Assembly (NCBI GenBank): GCA_964611895.1
Contig: CAZTDN010000004.1
Span: 64,301 to 128,300, forward strand
Origin: an uncultured Pseudobdellovibrionaceae bacterium
Lineage (GTDB): Bacteria > Bdellovibrionota > FAC87 > UBA2466
Length of the DNA: 64,000 bases
Reading direction: 5' to 3'
Part shown: piece by piece, positions 9,374 through 18,855 of the stretch
Numbering within the stretch: the first letter of the stretch is position 1
Layout: each line of letters starts with the position of its first letter
The notes under the pieces: generated by a model
What the model saw: only the letters and a program-made list of their open reading frames with translations
Told to the model about the DNA's origin: nothing
Databases searched by the model: none
Position numbers and translations under genes: made by a program

Positions 9374-10428
9374 AACAGCTATCCGCTTTTTTGTCGCCGA
9401 TTTTAGGGCTCAGTCTGTCCCTACTCACCGGAAGTCTCTTGCTCCTCGCACTGGGTGAAAGTCCTTCAGTGCTTTTTACTTCGCTATATGAAGTTTGCCT
9501 GACCGATTTTGGTTTGGGCTACAGCCTGTTCTACGCCACGCCGTATTTGTTCACTGGACTTGCAGTCGCGGTGTGTTTTCAATGTGGGCTTTTTAACATT
9601 GGCGCCGAAGGGCAGCTCTACATAGGATCGATAGCCATTATTGCCCTTTCGTCTTTTTTGCCCGATTTACCGACGGTAATAGCGCTGCCCTTAGGGATCG
9701 CGGTGGCCGCTTCGGCTGGCGCGTGCTGGGGGGCGCTGGCAGGTTGGCTCAAAGCAGCACGCGGCAGTCACGAGGTCATTGTCACGATCTTGCTTAACTT
9801 TGTGGCCATTGCGCTCGTCAACCACCTCATCCTTTACTTGTATGATAACCCGGCTAATCAAAACCCCGAAACATTCGAAGTCGGCTCCGGTTATCACTTA
9901 ATTTCTCTGCACGATCTTTTTGCCATGGTGGGGCTTTCCATCTTTGATTCAACTCCTGCAAACGCGGCTTTTTTTATCGCTTTGGCTGCAGCGGGCGCTT
10001 GCTACACTTTTTTGTTTCATACGAGCACGGGTTTTGAAATGCGCAGTGTCGGTCAAAACCCTTCGGCCAGCCGTTTTGCCGGAATTTCCGTCAATCGCCA
10101 GACAGTGCTTGCACTGACTCTAGGCGGGGGACTCGCTGGTTTAGTCGGTGTGAACGAAGTCATGGGCCACGCACACCGTGTGGTGGAGGGTTTTTCTCCG
10201 CAGTATGGATTTACCGGAATTGCCGTAGCCCTTTTGGCTCGAAGCCACCCATTGGGTGTTATTGCTTCCGCCCTTTTGTTCGGTGTCTTGCAGAATAGTT
10301 CGCGTGAGCTGGAGTTCTCCAGCGAAAAAGTTACCAAGGAGTTGGCCACTGTACTCCAGGGTACTTTGATTGCTTTTGTGGCGGCTCAAGCCTTTTGGGA
10401 AAAATGGATAACGAGGAAAAGGTCGTGA
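9370..10428 (+). CDS. ABC transporter permease (BMP/nucleoside system)
   Basis: Multi-TM ORF. Start chosen at ATG 9370, which forms an ATGA overlap with the ATPase stop (the track ORF begins at 9349). Confidence 0.85.
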   Translation: MKQLSAFLSPILGLSLSLLTGSLLLLALGESPSVLFTSLYEVCLTDFGLGYSLFYATPYLFTGLAVAVCFQCGLFNIGAEGQLYIGSIAIIALSSFLPDLPTVIALPLGIAVAASAGACWGALAGWLKAARGSHEVIVTILLNFVAIALVNHLILYLYDNPANQNPETFEVGSGYHLISLHDLFAMVGLSIFDSTPANAAFFIALAAAGACYTFLFHTSTGFEMRSVGQNPSASRFAGISVNRQTVLALTLGGGLAGLVGVNEVMGHAHRVVEGFSPQYGFTGIAVALLARSHPLGVIASALLFGVLQNSSRELEFSSEKVTKELATVLQGTLIAFVAAQAFWEKWITRKRS

Positions 10429-11339
10429 TTGAACTTATCGCTTCTTCACTGCGACTTTCGACGCCGCTGATTTTTGCCGCCATGGGAGGGTTGCTCTGTG
10501 AGCGGGCAGGCATTGCAACCATCTGCCTGGAAGGTGTTTTGATCGCGGGGGCCTGGGCCGCGGCCACGGTGACGTACTACACTTCCGATCCTCTTTTGGG
10601 TTTGGCTGCTGGAGTGGCTATAGGGACGGCAACCATGGCATTGCACGCGGCTTTGTCTGTTACAGCCAAGGCCGACGCCATAGTCAGCGGGGTGGCAGTG
10701 AACATGCTCGTTGCCGGGGCGACGCCCTTGTTTACCAAATCCCTCTTTGGAAGCCCGACAAACACGCCGAGCCTTCCGATGAGCGATCGGTTTCAAAACA
10801 TCGATCTTCCTGGACTGGTGCATCTTCCAGTGGTGGGCGCGCTGTTTTCGCAACCTTGGTTGATTTTTCTAGCGCTGCTTTTGCCGTTTTTAGTGAACTA
10901 CTTTTTCTACCATACAGGCCGCGGTTTGCGTGTTTTAGCCAGTGGGGACAACCCCGAAGCGCTCGCTACCACCGGAGTGCATCCAAACTTTGTGCGTTGG
11001 TGCGCAATGCTCGCCGGCGGCGCTCTGTGTAGTTTGGGCGGAGTGTACTTGGCAATCGCGCACGCGAGCCAATTCACTCGCGACATGTCAGCCGGAAGAG
11101 GTTTTATTGCATTGACCGCGGTGATTTTTGGAAAGTGGCGGCCCCTGCCCACTCTGGCTGCGTGTTTGTTTTTTGGTTTTTTCGATGCCTTGCAAATACG
11201 CTTGCAGAGTACCTCTGTGGCAGGGCTTGAACTGCCGATCAATTTGATCCAGTCCGTTCCGTACCTTGTCGCTCTGGTTGTCCTAGCGGGCTTTATCGGA
11301 CGGGCGACACCTCCCCTTTCTATCGGCAAAACGTTCTAG
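10425..11339 (+). CDS. ABC transporter permease (BMP/nucleoside system)
   Basis: Multi-TM ORF. GTG 10425 overlaps the upstream TGA (GTGA) and is preceded by AGGAAAAGG. The track ORF begins at 10395. N-terminus STPLIFAAMGGLLCERAGI is typical for the family. Confidence 0.85.
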   Translation: MIELIASSLRLSTPLIFAAMGGLLCERAGIATICLEGVLIAGAWAAATVTYYTSDPLLGLAAGVAIGTATMALHAALSVTAKADAIVSGVAVNMLVAGATPLFTKSLFGSPTNTPSLPMSDRFQNIDLPGLVHLPVVGALFSQPWLIFLALLLPFLVNYFFYHTGRGLRVLASGDNPEALATTGVHPNFVRWCAMLAGGALCSLGGVYLAIAHASQFTRDMSAGRGFIALTAVIFGKWRPLPTLAACLFFGFFDALQIRLQSTSVAGLELPINLIQSVPYLVALVVLAGFIGRATPPLSIGKTF

Positions 11340-11536
11340 GCTTGCGGCCTCCGGGCTTATCCAGTTGCTAAAGAAATAGCCACCTCCGATTGGCCGCTTG
11401 AACTCGGGGTTTTGACTCTAAAGCGCCTAAAACTGTCTACACTTTAGACATTTCCCCGCACATTCTCCGGTGCCGGAAAACGGCACATACCATGCAACTA
11501 ACAGCGTAGTTCGAGTGCCTTATTTGGGGGGATTGA

Positions 11537-14500
11537 GTGAAACACCTAAGTCTTTGCGTCCGGTTGAGCCTTTGCGTGGCCATCATCACTCCTCACCATG
11601 CCGCCCACGCAGTCCCGACCAAAACCGACAAACTAAATGCTGAATTGCTAAAAGACTCAGCAAATACCGTGCGCAGTAGCCCGTCGTACTACCTCGCTCG
11701 CTCAGGTCACATCTTGAGTTATCTAGTTCAACACGCAAAAACTTCTGAGTCCCGCGCCGCGGCAGGGTGGACTTTGGTCCAGCTTGCCCAATCGCTACTC
11801 AGCCAGAAAGGACTTTACGAAGGACGTAAAGCCAAAGCGCGAATGGATGAATTACTCAAGGCGGTTGAACGAGATAAAGGCAGTACTGTCAAAGTGGAGC
11901 TCGAAGAGGCACTGATGTTTGCCGGAGTGCCGGAAGAATCTATCCCACACCCGTACGAAAAACCCCGTCCACCTCGAGACGACTACAAAGGCCCAGCGTT
12001 CAATCTCCCTCATGATCACCCATCGGGCCATGGCACAAGTCCAGGAAAAGGGGCGCCGGGTGATTACGTCGATTCTATTTCAGGCAGGGGAGTGTCGCCT
12101 AGCTACCAAATGGAAGATCCCGAGCGGTGGAAAGAAGCCCAGGACCTCGCCGCTTTTGGTTTGGAGGATGCCGTAAAGAGCAATAGCGATGAGGAAATCG
12201 CCCGGATTGCCCGGCAGAGGTATTATGCTCAGTCCTTTACCCATCCCGACATGCCTCAGCCAGGCACCCCTGGCTTCAGTGAGGCGATAAAAAACATCGA
12301 TGCGACAGGAGCACTTGTTGAAGATCGCATTTTGAATGAGCTTGCTCCCGAAAAAACAAACGGAACTCAGTTTTTTAATTTGGCAGACAAACTCGCTCCC
12401 GGCGCCTTCCTTTTTGGGCCCGAGGCAGGAGCGGCTGCTAAGTCAGCGGCAGCAATTGGAAAAAAATACGGCCCTGATGCAGTGTGGCTCTTGAAACAGT
12501 CCGGTTTTAGCGCGAGTGGGCTTAGCACTTTGAATGGTGTGGACAGAGCCACCATCCTCGGCAACGGCGCGTTGGACGACTTAGCACAACTAAACTACCT
12601 AGCAGCCAAGCACCCTGAAGTGAGAGCGCTGCTGGACAAAATCGAGCTCAAATACGGCGGGGTTGCCCATAGCCAGATACCCGCAAAAGACAGAAATGCA
12701 AAGCTTCCCGGCTACACTCACCACATCGAGAATACCCAACCCAAGAACAGGGGCGCGAATATGCGTGCACTCGCTCGCGTGAACCCCCAGTCTAATTTGG
12801 CAACATTGAACAAGGTTAAGGCGGGAGAACCCATCAGAGCTCCTAACGGCAAGACTGCGGAGGAACTCGCCAACCCTCCTGCTGAAGGGGAGACGCCAGA
12901 GAAAAAACTCGAACGCATTCGAAGTCTTCAGCATATTCACGCTGTCGCATCGGACTTGCGGGAGATCGCCCAAAGGCTCGGCGCCCCCAAAGAACTTGTC
13001 GCCACTCTCATGGTCGCCGAAGCGTTTACCAGTATCGCCGTCGCTGCAGCAACCGGGGGACCAGCGACCGCCGCGGTGGTGACTGTGATCAAGCTTGTGC
13101 AGTCGCTGATTGGTTTGTTTGACGACGGCCCAAGTCCAATGGAGCGCCTGCACCAAGAAATCGTCGCGCTTCGCAAGCAAATGGAAGCGCTTTCGGATCA
13201 GATTACGGAACAAAACCGAGCGCTGAGCGCTGAAGTCCGCCATCAGTTCCGGTTGACCTTGCAAATGCTCGCCCACCTGGAGCAGAAGTCCGACAGGCGG
13301 TTCGATGCTTTGGATAAGCAAGTCGCTCGCTCTAGGGGGCAATTGGAAGATATTCTCACAGAACAGGAACGCCAAAACTTCAGACAGGATGAGCAACTTC
13401 AAAAAAACGACCTTAAAAACGTTAATAGTTCCCTCAAGATCTTGACCCCATCCTGGAGCACCCAGCGGTCCCAACGTCGCGATCTGAGCACCAAAAACAA
13501 CACAGTCGATCCGAGTTCGTATGACAAAGAGTTACGAGAGATAATGGAATTTGGGCTTATCCACTCCAGAGATCCTCATTGGACCGGGAGTCCACATTTG
13601 GATAAGTCCGCAGAACCTGCAAATCGGAATGCTACCGGTGCTTCGAGCATAGACACGGCGACGAAACTGGACGAAAACCTCGTGCAGGAACTCAACCGTA
13701 TTACCCCTGGATCGGGAATGGCGCCTCTGGACTCGGCACTCAAAGCACTGGGCTTACCGTCGATCGCCGTCCCCCTAACCAAAGAAGAAAAGTCCGCTTT
13801 GCAAATCACTCCCTCCGAGCCCTTCCGGGACGAAGCGCCCATGGACATAACAGCGTGGAAAACGGGAGCAGAAAAGCTCGCTACCGCAATGGATCATGTG
13901 CAAAAATCTCTGCCAGAGTACGAGACGCAATTTAAGGACTTGCAGTGCAGCGCTGATCCGAATCTAGAGAAACTGCGCCTCTACATGAAAAAAGGTTATG
14001 AACAAAGGGCGCGCCTTGAAAACCTCGTTCCCCGGGACTCGAACAACCGTCCTAGTTCCGCGCATCTGGCGACATTGCTAGGCAATTACGAACACTATTT
14101 AGAGCAGGCAAACGCTACACTACAACTTACACGCAACGAGTTTTTCCGAGAAGACCCTGCAGCCACCGACTTGAACAACCCTATCGATACGGACGAATTG
14201 CGCAAAAATTTTGCCTCAACGTTGAACGCCGACATTGAATATTGCCCCCAACCCATTGGCTCGAGCTCGGCTAACAAGAGTACGATACACGGACCAAAAA
14301 GAAAGCTCCGCACTCCTCAGGAATGGGCCAAGCTAGTGCCGGAGGAGTACTTGCATCTAGCGAAGCTCTCGCCGGGATCGGCGATCCAGATCTGTTACTC
14401 CGATCCGGGGTTTACGGAGTTTTCGGATAAGTGGTCTGAGGTGGATGATTCAACTGTTAAAAAAGAGCGCTTTGCAAAGTCAGGATTGAATATTGAGGTG

Positions 14501-16684
14501 CGCTATCTACCTACTTCGAGTGGCCCCACTCATACGATTCATAAGCTCCGAGTGACCGATCCGACGCCGGTCCTTATCGAAACAACGACTTATCGTTCGG
14601 TCCAATTAGAACGTATTCAACAGAATGGAGGATTTCGGGAAGTCGGAGGAGGTAAGGGAGATTTTGTATCGGCTCATGCTTACACCACGGAACTTTTGAA
14701 CGGTCGAGACCCCAGCAATCCTGCTGTGGCGAGACAGTTACAACTCGCCAAAGAATCTGACCGGGATCTCCTCGCACTGATGGAGAAACAGAAGACTAAA
14801 AACGCCCGGTTTGTGGGCTTCAAACTTCTGAAGAGTGTTAATACTCCACCAGGAGAGAAGGCCGAAGAAACAGCAATGTCCAAATGGACCGATCCCAAAC
14901 TAGGCTGGGAGTCGGAAATTATCGCCTTTGCCTCTCAAGGGGGCTCCTCCATTGTTGAGGATTGGATGCTAAAGAAAGATGTGGATCAAGCGCGTGAGCA
15001 GGCCCGAAATAGAGCCGACACGCTCAGAGCCAATGCGTATTTAAAAGCGAAATACAAAACCCAAAAAGAAGTCTTTGATTCCCAAAGCCCGACGGGAAAA
15101 TCTCTCCACCACCTCGAAGCCGCGTTGAATACCTTTAAACTCGCTGCGCAAAACGCCTATGGAGACTCTTATTACGAAAACCCGGAGCTGCGTAATCTGG
15201 TGGACTCGCTTTCGACGCGTAATAGGATCTTGGCACTCGCCGGTATGGAGAAGGGCTTCGAGCACACACAGAAATCGATCGAGCAAAGCCGCAGTAACTT
15301 GCGAGCTTTGTTAGCAATGCTTTCCGATCCCACTCAAGGAAAAATAACCCAGCCAAAAGACAAGGGATTTGAAGCCGCCATGGGGGCACTCGCATCGCAT
15401 TACCTAAAGATTGCTATGAGCCCACCCTGTGCCGAAACCGAAGAGCAGGCCAGGAGGCAACTAGTGGCCATCCAAAAATCTGCAGAATTGGCCGCAAGGG
15501 ACAGTAGACCCGGAGCGCCAAAACCGGTGACCTTGAAAAACAGAGATCGCGTCTACCATCGGCTCGCGAAAGACGGAAAGCTTTCTGTATCCGAGATCGT
15601 GTTCTTTGAGCAGCTCGCCGCTGCCGCGACTGCCAAGCAGCCACTCTTGGATCGTCAGCCCATCGAGACCATGGTCGACAAGCTCATTGCTACCAGAGAT
15701 CAGCTGCATTTCTTACCCAAGGGCGATGCAAATGCGTTGATGCAAATCTATGCGCAGTCTGGCCATCTCCCCAGCGAAGAAAAAATCGCCGCGATGCGCG
15801 CCTATGCCGCTGCGGTTTCCAATCACCCTCGCTATGAACGCCTGACCAACCAACCCAGCCTCTCAAACCAAAAAGCGGCTCAGGCGCTCCGCCAGGCGGA
15901 ATCGTCTGAATTGATCTCCGCGAACCCGAAAGCGCTCACCACGCAACAGATTCACAAGCTGCGCGAAGATCAGGACGCGGAGGTAGCGAAGATCCGCGAG
16001 AAAAAGAAATACTGGGCGGACCTGAGAGAACAGTGGCAGAAAAAGATTGCGCTCATAGACATCAAGCAGTCGGAAGTCGATGATTTCCTGAAGAACATTA
16101 AGTGGCGTGAAGAGAGACTGGGAAATGGTGCCCTCAAGAGAGAGAATTTCAAACTGCATGAAGAAGTCAAGATGGCCCAAACCTACGCGGGGATGATAAA
16201 GCGGCTTACCGACAAGGCCCGTTCCCTAAAGATGCAAATCGACTCAGTTTCGGAGCAGATCCAAGGATGTTCTGAGCTGGCGGAAATAGATCGTTTGGAA
16301 AAAGAAGCCTCGCCCAAAACAGAAATCCTAGAAATCGAAAACTGGAAATACACTACCAAGCCCGGGTTTCCTGACCCAGTCACCGAAAGCAAGGCCAACG
16401 GGTACCCGGATCACTGGTTTTTCTGGCAAGAACCCTCCCTTCCTCTGGTACACCAGGCCGGCACGCTGGAGGTCGACATTGAAGGAAAACAATTGATGCA
16501 CGAGTATTTTAGACAGATGCGAATGCTCCAAGCGACAAGCGTTGTCGCTACTTATGTGGGAACCGTGGCTGAAGAAGAGCCGACTTGGAATTCAAACGAC
16601 CGGTCCTACCCGACACGTATCGCGCCGGGCCCTAAACCACCGCCGAAATCGTCCCAGCAAATACCTGACGTTGCAGGTCTGTAA
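11537..16684 (+). CDS. giant orphan secreted protein (1715 aa), coiled-coil rich, internal hydrophobic hairpin
   Basis: GTG start preceded by GGGGGGATTGA. Signal-like N-terminus MKHLSLCVRLSLCVAIITPHHAAHA/VP. Single uninterrupted ORF. No enzymatic or known domain motif recognised. Confidence 0.8.
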   Translation: MKHLSLCVRLSLCVAIITPHHAAHAVPTKTDKLNAELLKDSANTVRSSPSYYLARSGHILSYLVQHAKTSESRAAAGWTLVQLAQSLLSQKGLYEGRKAKARMDELLKAVERDKGSTVKVELEEALMFAGVPEESIPHPYEKPRPPRDDYKGPAFNLPHDHPSGHGTSPGKGAPGDYVDSISGRGVSPSYQMEDPERWKEAQDLAAFGLEDAVKSNSDEEIARIARQRYYAQSFTHPDMPQPGTPGFSEAIKNIDATGALVEDRILNELAPEKTNGTQFFNLADKLAPGAFLFGPEAGAAAKSAAAIGKKYGPDAVWLLKQSGFSASGLSTLNGVDRATILGNGALDDLAQLNYLAAKHPEVRALLDKIELKYGGVAHSQIPAKDRNAKLPGYTHHIENTQPKNRGANMRALARVNPQSNLATLNKVKAGEPIRAPNGKTAEELANPPAEGETPEKKLERIRSLQHIHAVASDLREIAQRLGAPKELVATLMVAEAFTSIAVAAATGGPATAAVVTVIKLVQSLIGLFDDGPSPMERLHQEIVALRKQMEALSDQITEQNRALSAEVRHQFRLTLQMLAHLEQKSDRRFDALDKQVARSRGQLEDILTEQERQNFRQDEQLQKNDLKNVNSSLKILTPSWSTQRSQRRDLSTKNNTVDPSSYDKELREIMEFGLIHSRDPHWTGSPHLDKSAEPANRNATGASSIDTATKLDENLVQELNRITPGSGMAPLDSALKALGLPSIAVPLTKEEKSALQITPSEPFRDEAPMDITAWKTGAEKLATAMDHVQKSLPEYETQFKDLQCSADPNLEKLRLYMKKGYEQRARLENLVPRDSNNRPSSAHLATLLGNYEHYLEQANATLQLTRNEFFREDPAATDLNNPIDTDELRKNFASTLNADIEYCPQPIGSSSANKSTIHGPKRKLRTPQEWAKLVPEEYLHLAKLSPGSAIQICYSDPGFTEFSDKWSEVDDSTVKKERFAKSGLNIEVRYLPTSSGPTHTIHKLRVTDPTPVLIETTTYRSVQLERIQQNGGFREVGGGKGDFVSAHAYTTELLNGRDPSNPAVARQLQLAKESDRDLLALMEKQKTKNARFVGFKLLKSVNTPPGEKAEETAMSKWTDPKLGWESEIIAFASQGGSSIVEDWMLKKDVDQAREQARNRADTLRANAYLKAKYKTQKEVFDSQSPTGKSLHHLEAALNTFKLAAQNAYGDSYYENPELRNLVDSLSTRNRILALAGMEKGFEHTQKSIEQSRSNLRALLAMLSDPTQGKITQPKDKGFEAAMGALASHYLKIAMSPPCAETEEQARRQLVAIQKSAELAARDSRPGAPKPVTLKNRDRVYHRLAKDGKLSVSEIVFFEQLAAAATAKQPLLDRQPIETMVDKLIATRDQLHFLPKGDANALMQIYAQSGHLPSEEKIAAMRAYAAAVSNHPRYERLTNQPSLSNQKAAQALRQAESSELISANPKALTTQQIHKLREDQDAEVAKIREKKKYWADLREQWQKKIALIDIKQSEVDDFLKNIKWREERLGNGALKRENFKLHEEVKMAQTYAGMIKRLTDKARSLKMQIDSVSEQIQGCSELAEIDRLEKEASPKTEILEIENWKYTTKPGFPDPVTESKANGYPDHWFFWQEPSLPLVHQAGTLEVDIEGKQLMHEYFRQMRMLQATSVVATYVGTVAEEEPTWNSNDRSYPTRIAPGPKPPPKSSQQIPDVAGL

Positions 16685-16690
16685 GGGCGT

Positions 16691-17011
16691 TTAGAGATTG
16701 CGCAGCAGCGCCATCGAAGAGACGCCGACGAGAACGGCGAAGAGAAGGTTGCGCGTAAAAATTCCGGCGAGCACCGTGGGAACCGCGGCGATCAGAGCAA
16801 AGTTGAGACCCAGGCCCACCACGGATTCTGCGGGCACAAAAAGCTGCGGCACCACAAAAGACGACAAAATAGCCACGGGCACATAACGCATCCACGCAGC
16901 CACTCCAGGACGAAATGTAACCCCGCCCAAAAAAACGAAGGGCAATAACCTACACAGATAGGTCACTACCGCCATTCCCAACACCGTCAACCAGACTTTA
17001 TGCGCGTCCAT
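16691..17011 (-). CDS. azlD: AzlD-family branched-chain amino acid transport protein
   Basis: About 106 aa, 3-4 TM, sequence MDAHKVWLTVLGMAVVTYLCRLLPF, typical of AzlD. Overlaps the azlC 3' end. Confidence 0.75.
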   Translation of the reverse strand: MDAHKVWLTVLGMAVVTYLCRLLPFVFLGGVTFRPGVAAWMRYVPVAILSSFVVPQLFVPAESVVGLGLNFALIAAVPTVLAGIFTRNLLFAVLVGVSSMALLRNL

Positions 17012-17720
17012 GGCGCTCCATCCGCATTCCAAGCAAAGGCGCTACCGCCGCCGCAGCTAAAGGTGCAAACCATGCCAAGCCTACATAGTGGGTCAGCAAT
17101 GCAATCGCACCCGCAAAGCAAGCGACCGCAAAGGTCTCTCGCGTTTTGATTTGCAAGACTAACACCGCCAGGATCATGGCAACCAGAGCGTAGTCTAGCC
17201 CCAATCCGTGCAACTGTGAGGTATCGCCCCCCAGCAAAAAACCTAGCACTGTCCCGCCCACCCAAGCCCCGTGGGCAGCGGCTTGTATCCAAAGTGCTCG
17301 CGCTGGGGAGACCTCACTCCCATCCCGAGGGTTGAGCAAAAGCGCAAACGTCTCGTCCGTGAGTTGAAATGCGAAGAGCAATCGCACCCAGCGCTTCCAT
17401 CCCGCAGCCGTTTTGGCAAAAGCAGAGCCCATCAGCATTAAGCGCGAATTCACCAATAACGTGACCGTCACAATCAGCCAAACTGGCTGCGACGTCGCCA
17501 GCATCCCCAAGGCAACGACCTGTGAAGTCCCCGCGTATACCAATGCACTCATCAAAACAGATAAACCAAAACTCAATCCCTGTTCGCGTGCCAAAACCCC
17601 AAATGCAAACGAAACAGCGAAAAAAGCCAAAGCGAGCGGAATCGTCTCCGTTGGAACTCGAAAGGCTGTTGGGGACGCTGCTGCAACAGGAGAATGGGCG
17701 TATTGCGGGACGTTTCGCAT
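16998..17720 (-). CDS. azlC: AzlC-family branched-chain amino acid permease
   Basis: Multi-TM ORF with AFGVLAREQGLSF ... ALVYAGTSQ, typical of AzlC. ATG at 17720 preferred over the track start 17759. Confidence 0.75.
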   Translation of the reverse strand: MRNVPQYAHSPVAAASPTAFRVPTETIPLALAFFAVSFAFGVLAREQGLSFGLSVLMSALVYAGTSQVVALGMLATSQPVWLIVTVTLLVNSRLMLMGSAFAKTAAGWKRWVRLLFAFQLTDETFALLLNPRDGSEVSPARALWIQAAAHGAWVGGTVLGFLLGGDTSQLHGLGLDYALVAMILAVLVLQIKTRETFAVACFAGAIALLTHYVGLAWFAPLAAAAVAPLLGMRMERHGRA

Positions 17721-17811
17721 GACTTCCTCGAAGTGTCGGCAAACTAGCCCAAATCTCAAATCAAAATCAAGAAAATGCCGGAAGGATTCTAGTAGAACTT
17801 GCTATGTATCG

Positions 17812-18855
17812 TTAACAAGGCAACACGCTATTTCGTGCCTGAACCAGCTGAGAATAGACCCCTTCAGCGTCCTTGGGCGAATGCAAGGCTAGCCCGCAAG
17901 CAGGTGTCCACAAGGCATTTTCGGCAACCTCTCGCCCTAATTCTGGCCCCAAGCCGCGCTCCAACCGCGCAAACACAGCAGCGGCGAGGGCTCCAGCCGA
18001 GTCCAGTCTGGCCGGGCCGGACGTTGGAATCACTCCCAACCCCAAACGCCCCCTCCGCTCCACAAAAGCCGGCAACCACTCACCCGCCTGCAACAACGAC
18101 TCTAACGAAAGGCGGGTATCCAACGACAATATATCCAACCCCAAAGTCGATAAAAGCTCCCAACGCGTATTGCTACAACAGTGCAATCCCACTGAAACGC
18201 CTTCTTTTTGGAGCGCTTGAATCAAGAGTTTGAGCTCCTGCAAACCTAACAAGTGAGTGGGATTCTGATCCGAAAGCACAAAAAGCGCTGGCTCATCTAG
18301 AAACAAGATTGTCTGCACCCCTTGCGCTCGCAACCTGCGAGTCATCCCCAACGCTCTTGCCAAAATCAGACGAAACACTTGGCGCCCGATAGAAGACGCC
18401 TGATCCATTCTCTGGCCGGTTGTAGTCCGTAAAGTCCACTGCGCCGTTAGTGGTCCCACGATTTGGATCTTGGCCAAGTGACAGTTTCTCTCTTGCAACT
18501 CCCACAGAAAGGGCTGCCAACTGCTCGATGTCGCAGCCGAAGGCTCAAAAGCCTCAAAAGCGTTCGCGCTGGCCACCTGGTCGAACGCATGCGAAAGCCT
18601 TTGATCAAAGCTCGCTGCATTGCCTTCCCAGACTTTGGTATCGAGCAAAACGCTCCCATCCTTTTCTACTTGGATGCCGGGCAACCCTTCTGTCCCTTGG
18701 GGTAGCGCAAACTCCCAGGCATTGCGCATCGGGATCTGCGGCAAAAAAGGGATATCAAAACGAAACGCATACTCTAAAGCCGCATCGATATTGTGATGGG
18801 GAAGGCTGCCAATCCCGGTCGTCGCCCCCGATGGAATGGATGGCTTTGAGCTCAC
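17812..18855 (-). CDS. short MetE-like (Meth_synt_2 fold, core-MetE type) zinc methyltransferase
   Basis: 347 aa. TGIGSLPH (cf. MetE GSFPQT), LFLDEPAL (cf. IQIDEPAL), LHCCSN (His-x-Cys zinc ligands), TPACGLA (cf. PDCGL). The GTG start overlaps the metH TGA (GTGA at 18852-18855). Confidence 0.7.
   Translation of the reverse strand: MSSKPSIPSGATTGIGSLPHHNIDAALEYAFRFDIPFLPQIPMRNAWEFALPQGTEGLPGIQVEKDGSVLLDTKVWEGNAASFDQRLSHAFDQVASANAFEAFEPSAATSSSWQPFLWELQERNCHLAKIQIVGPLTAQWTLRTTTGQRMDQASSIGRQVFRLILARALGMTRRLRAQGVQTILFLDEPALFVLSDQNPTHLLGLQELKLLIQALQKEGVSVGLHCCSNTRWELLSTLGLDILSLDTRLSLESLLQAGEWLPAFVERRGRLGLGVIPTSGPARLDSAGALAAAVFARLERGLGPELGREVAENALWTPACGLALHSPKDAEGVYSQLVQARNSVLPC

Noticed and set aside
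12599-13474. 291-aa ORF antisense to the giant gene (plus several other 60-90-aa ORFs within 11537..16684).
   Set aside because: It is fully embedded opposite a continuous 1715-codon frame. It has no start context or recognisable motif, so it is a typical shadow ORF of a long gene.
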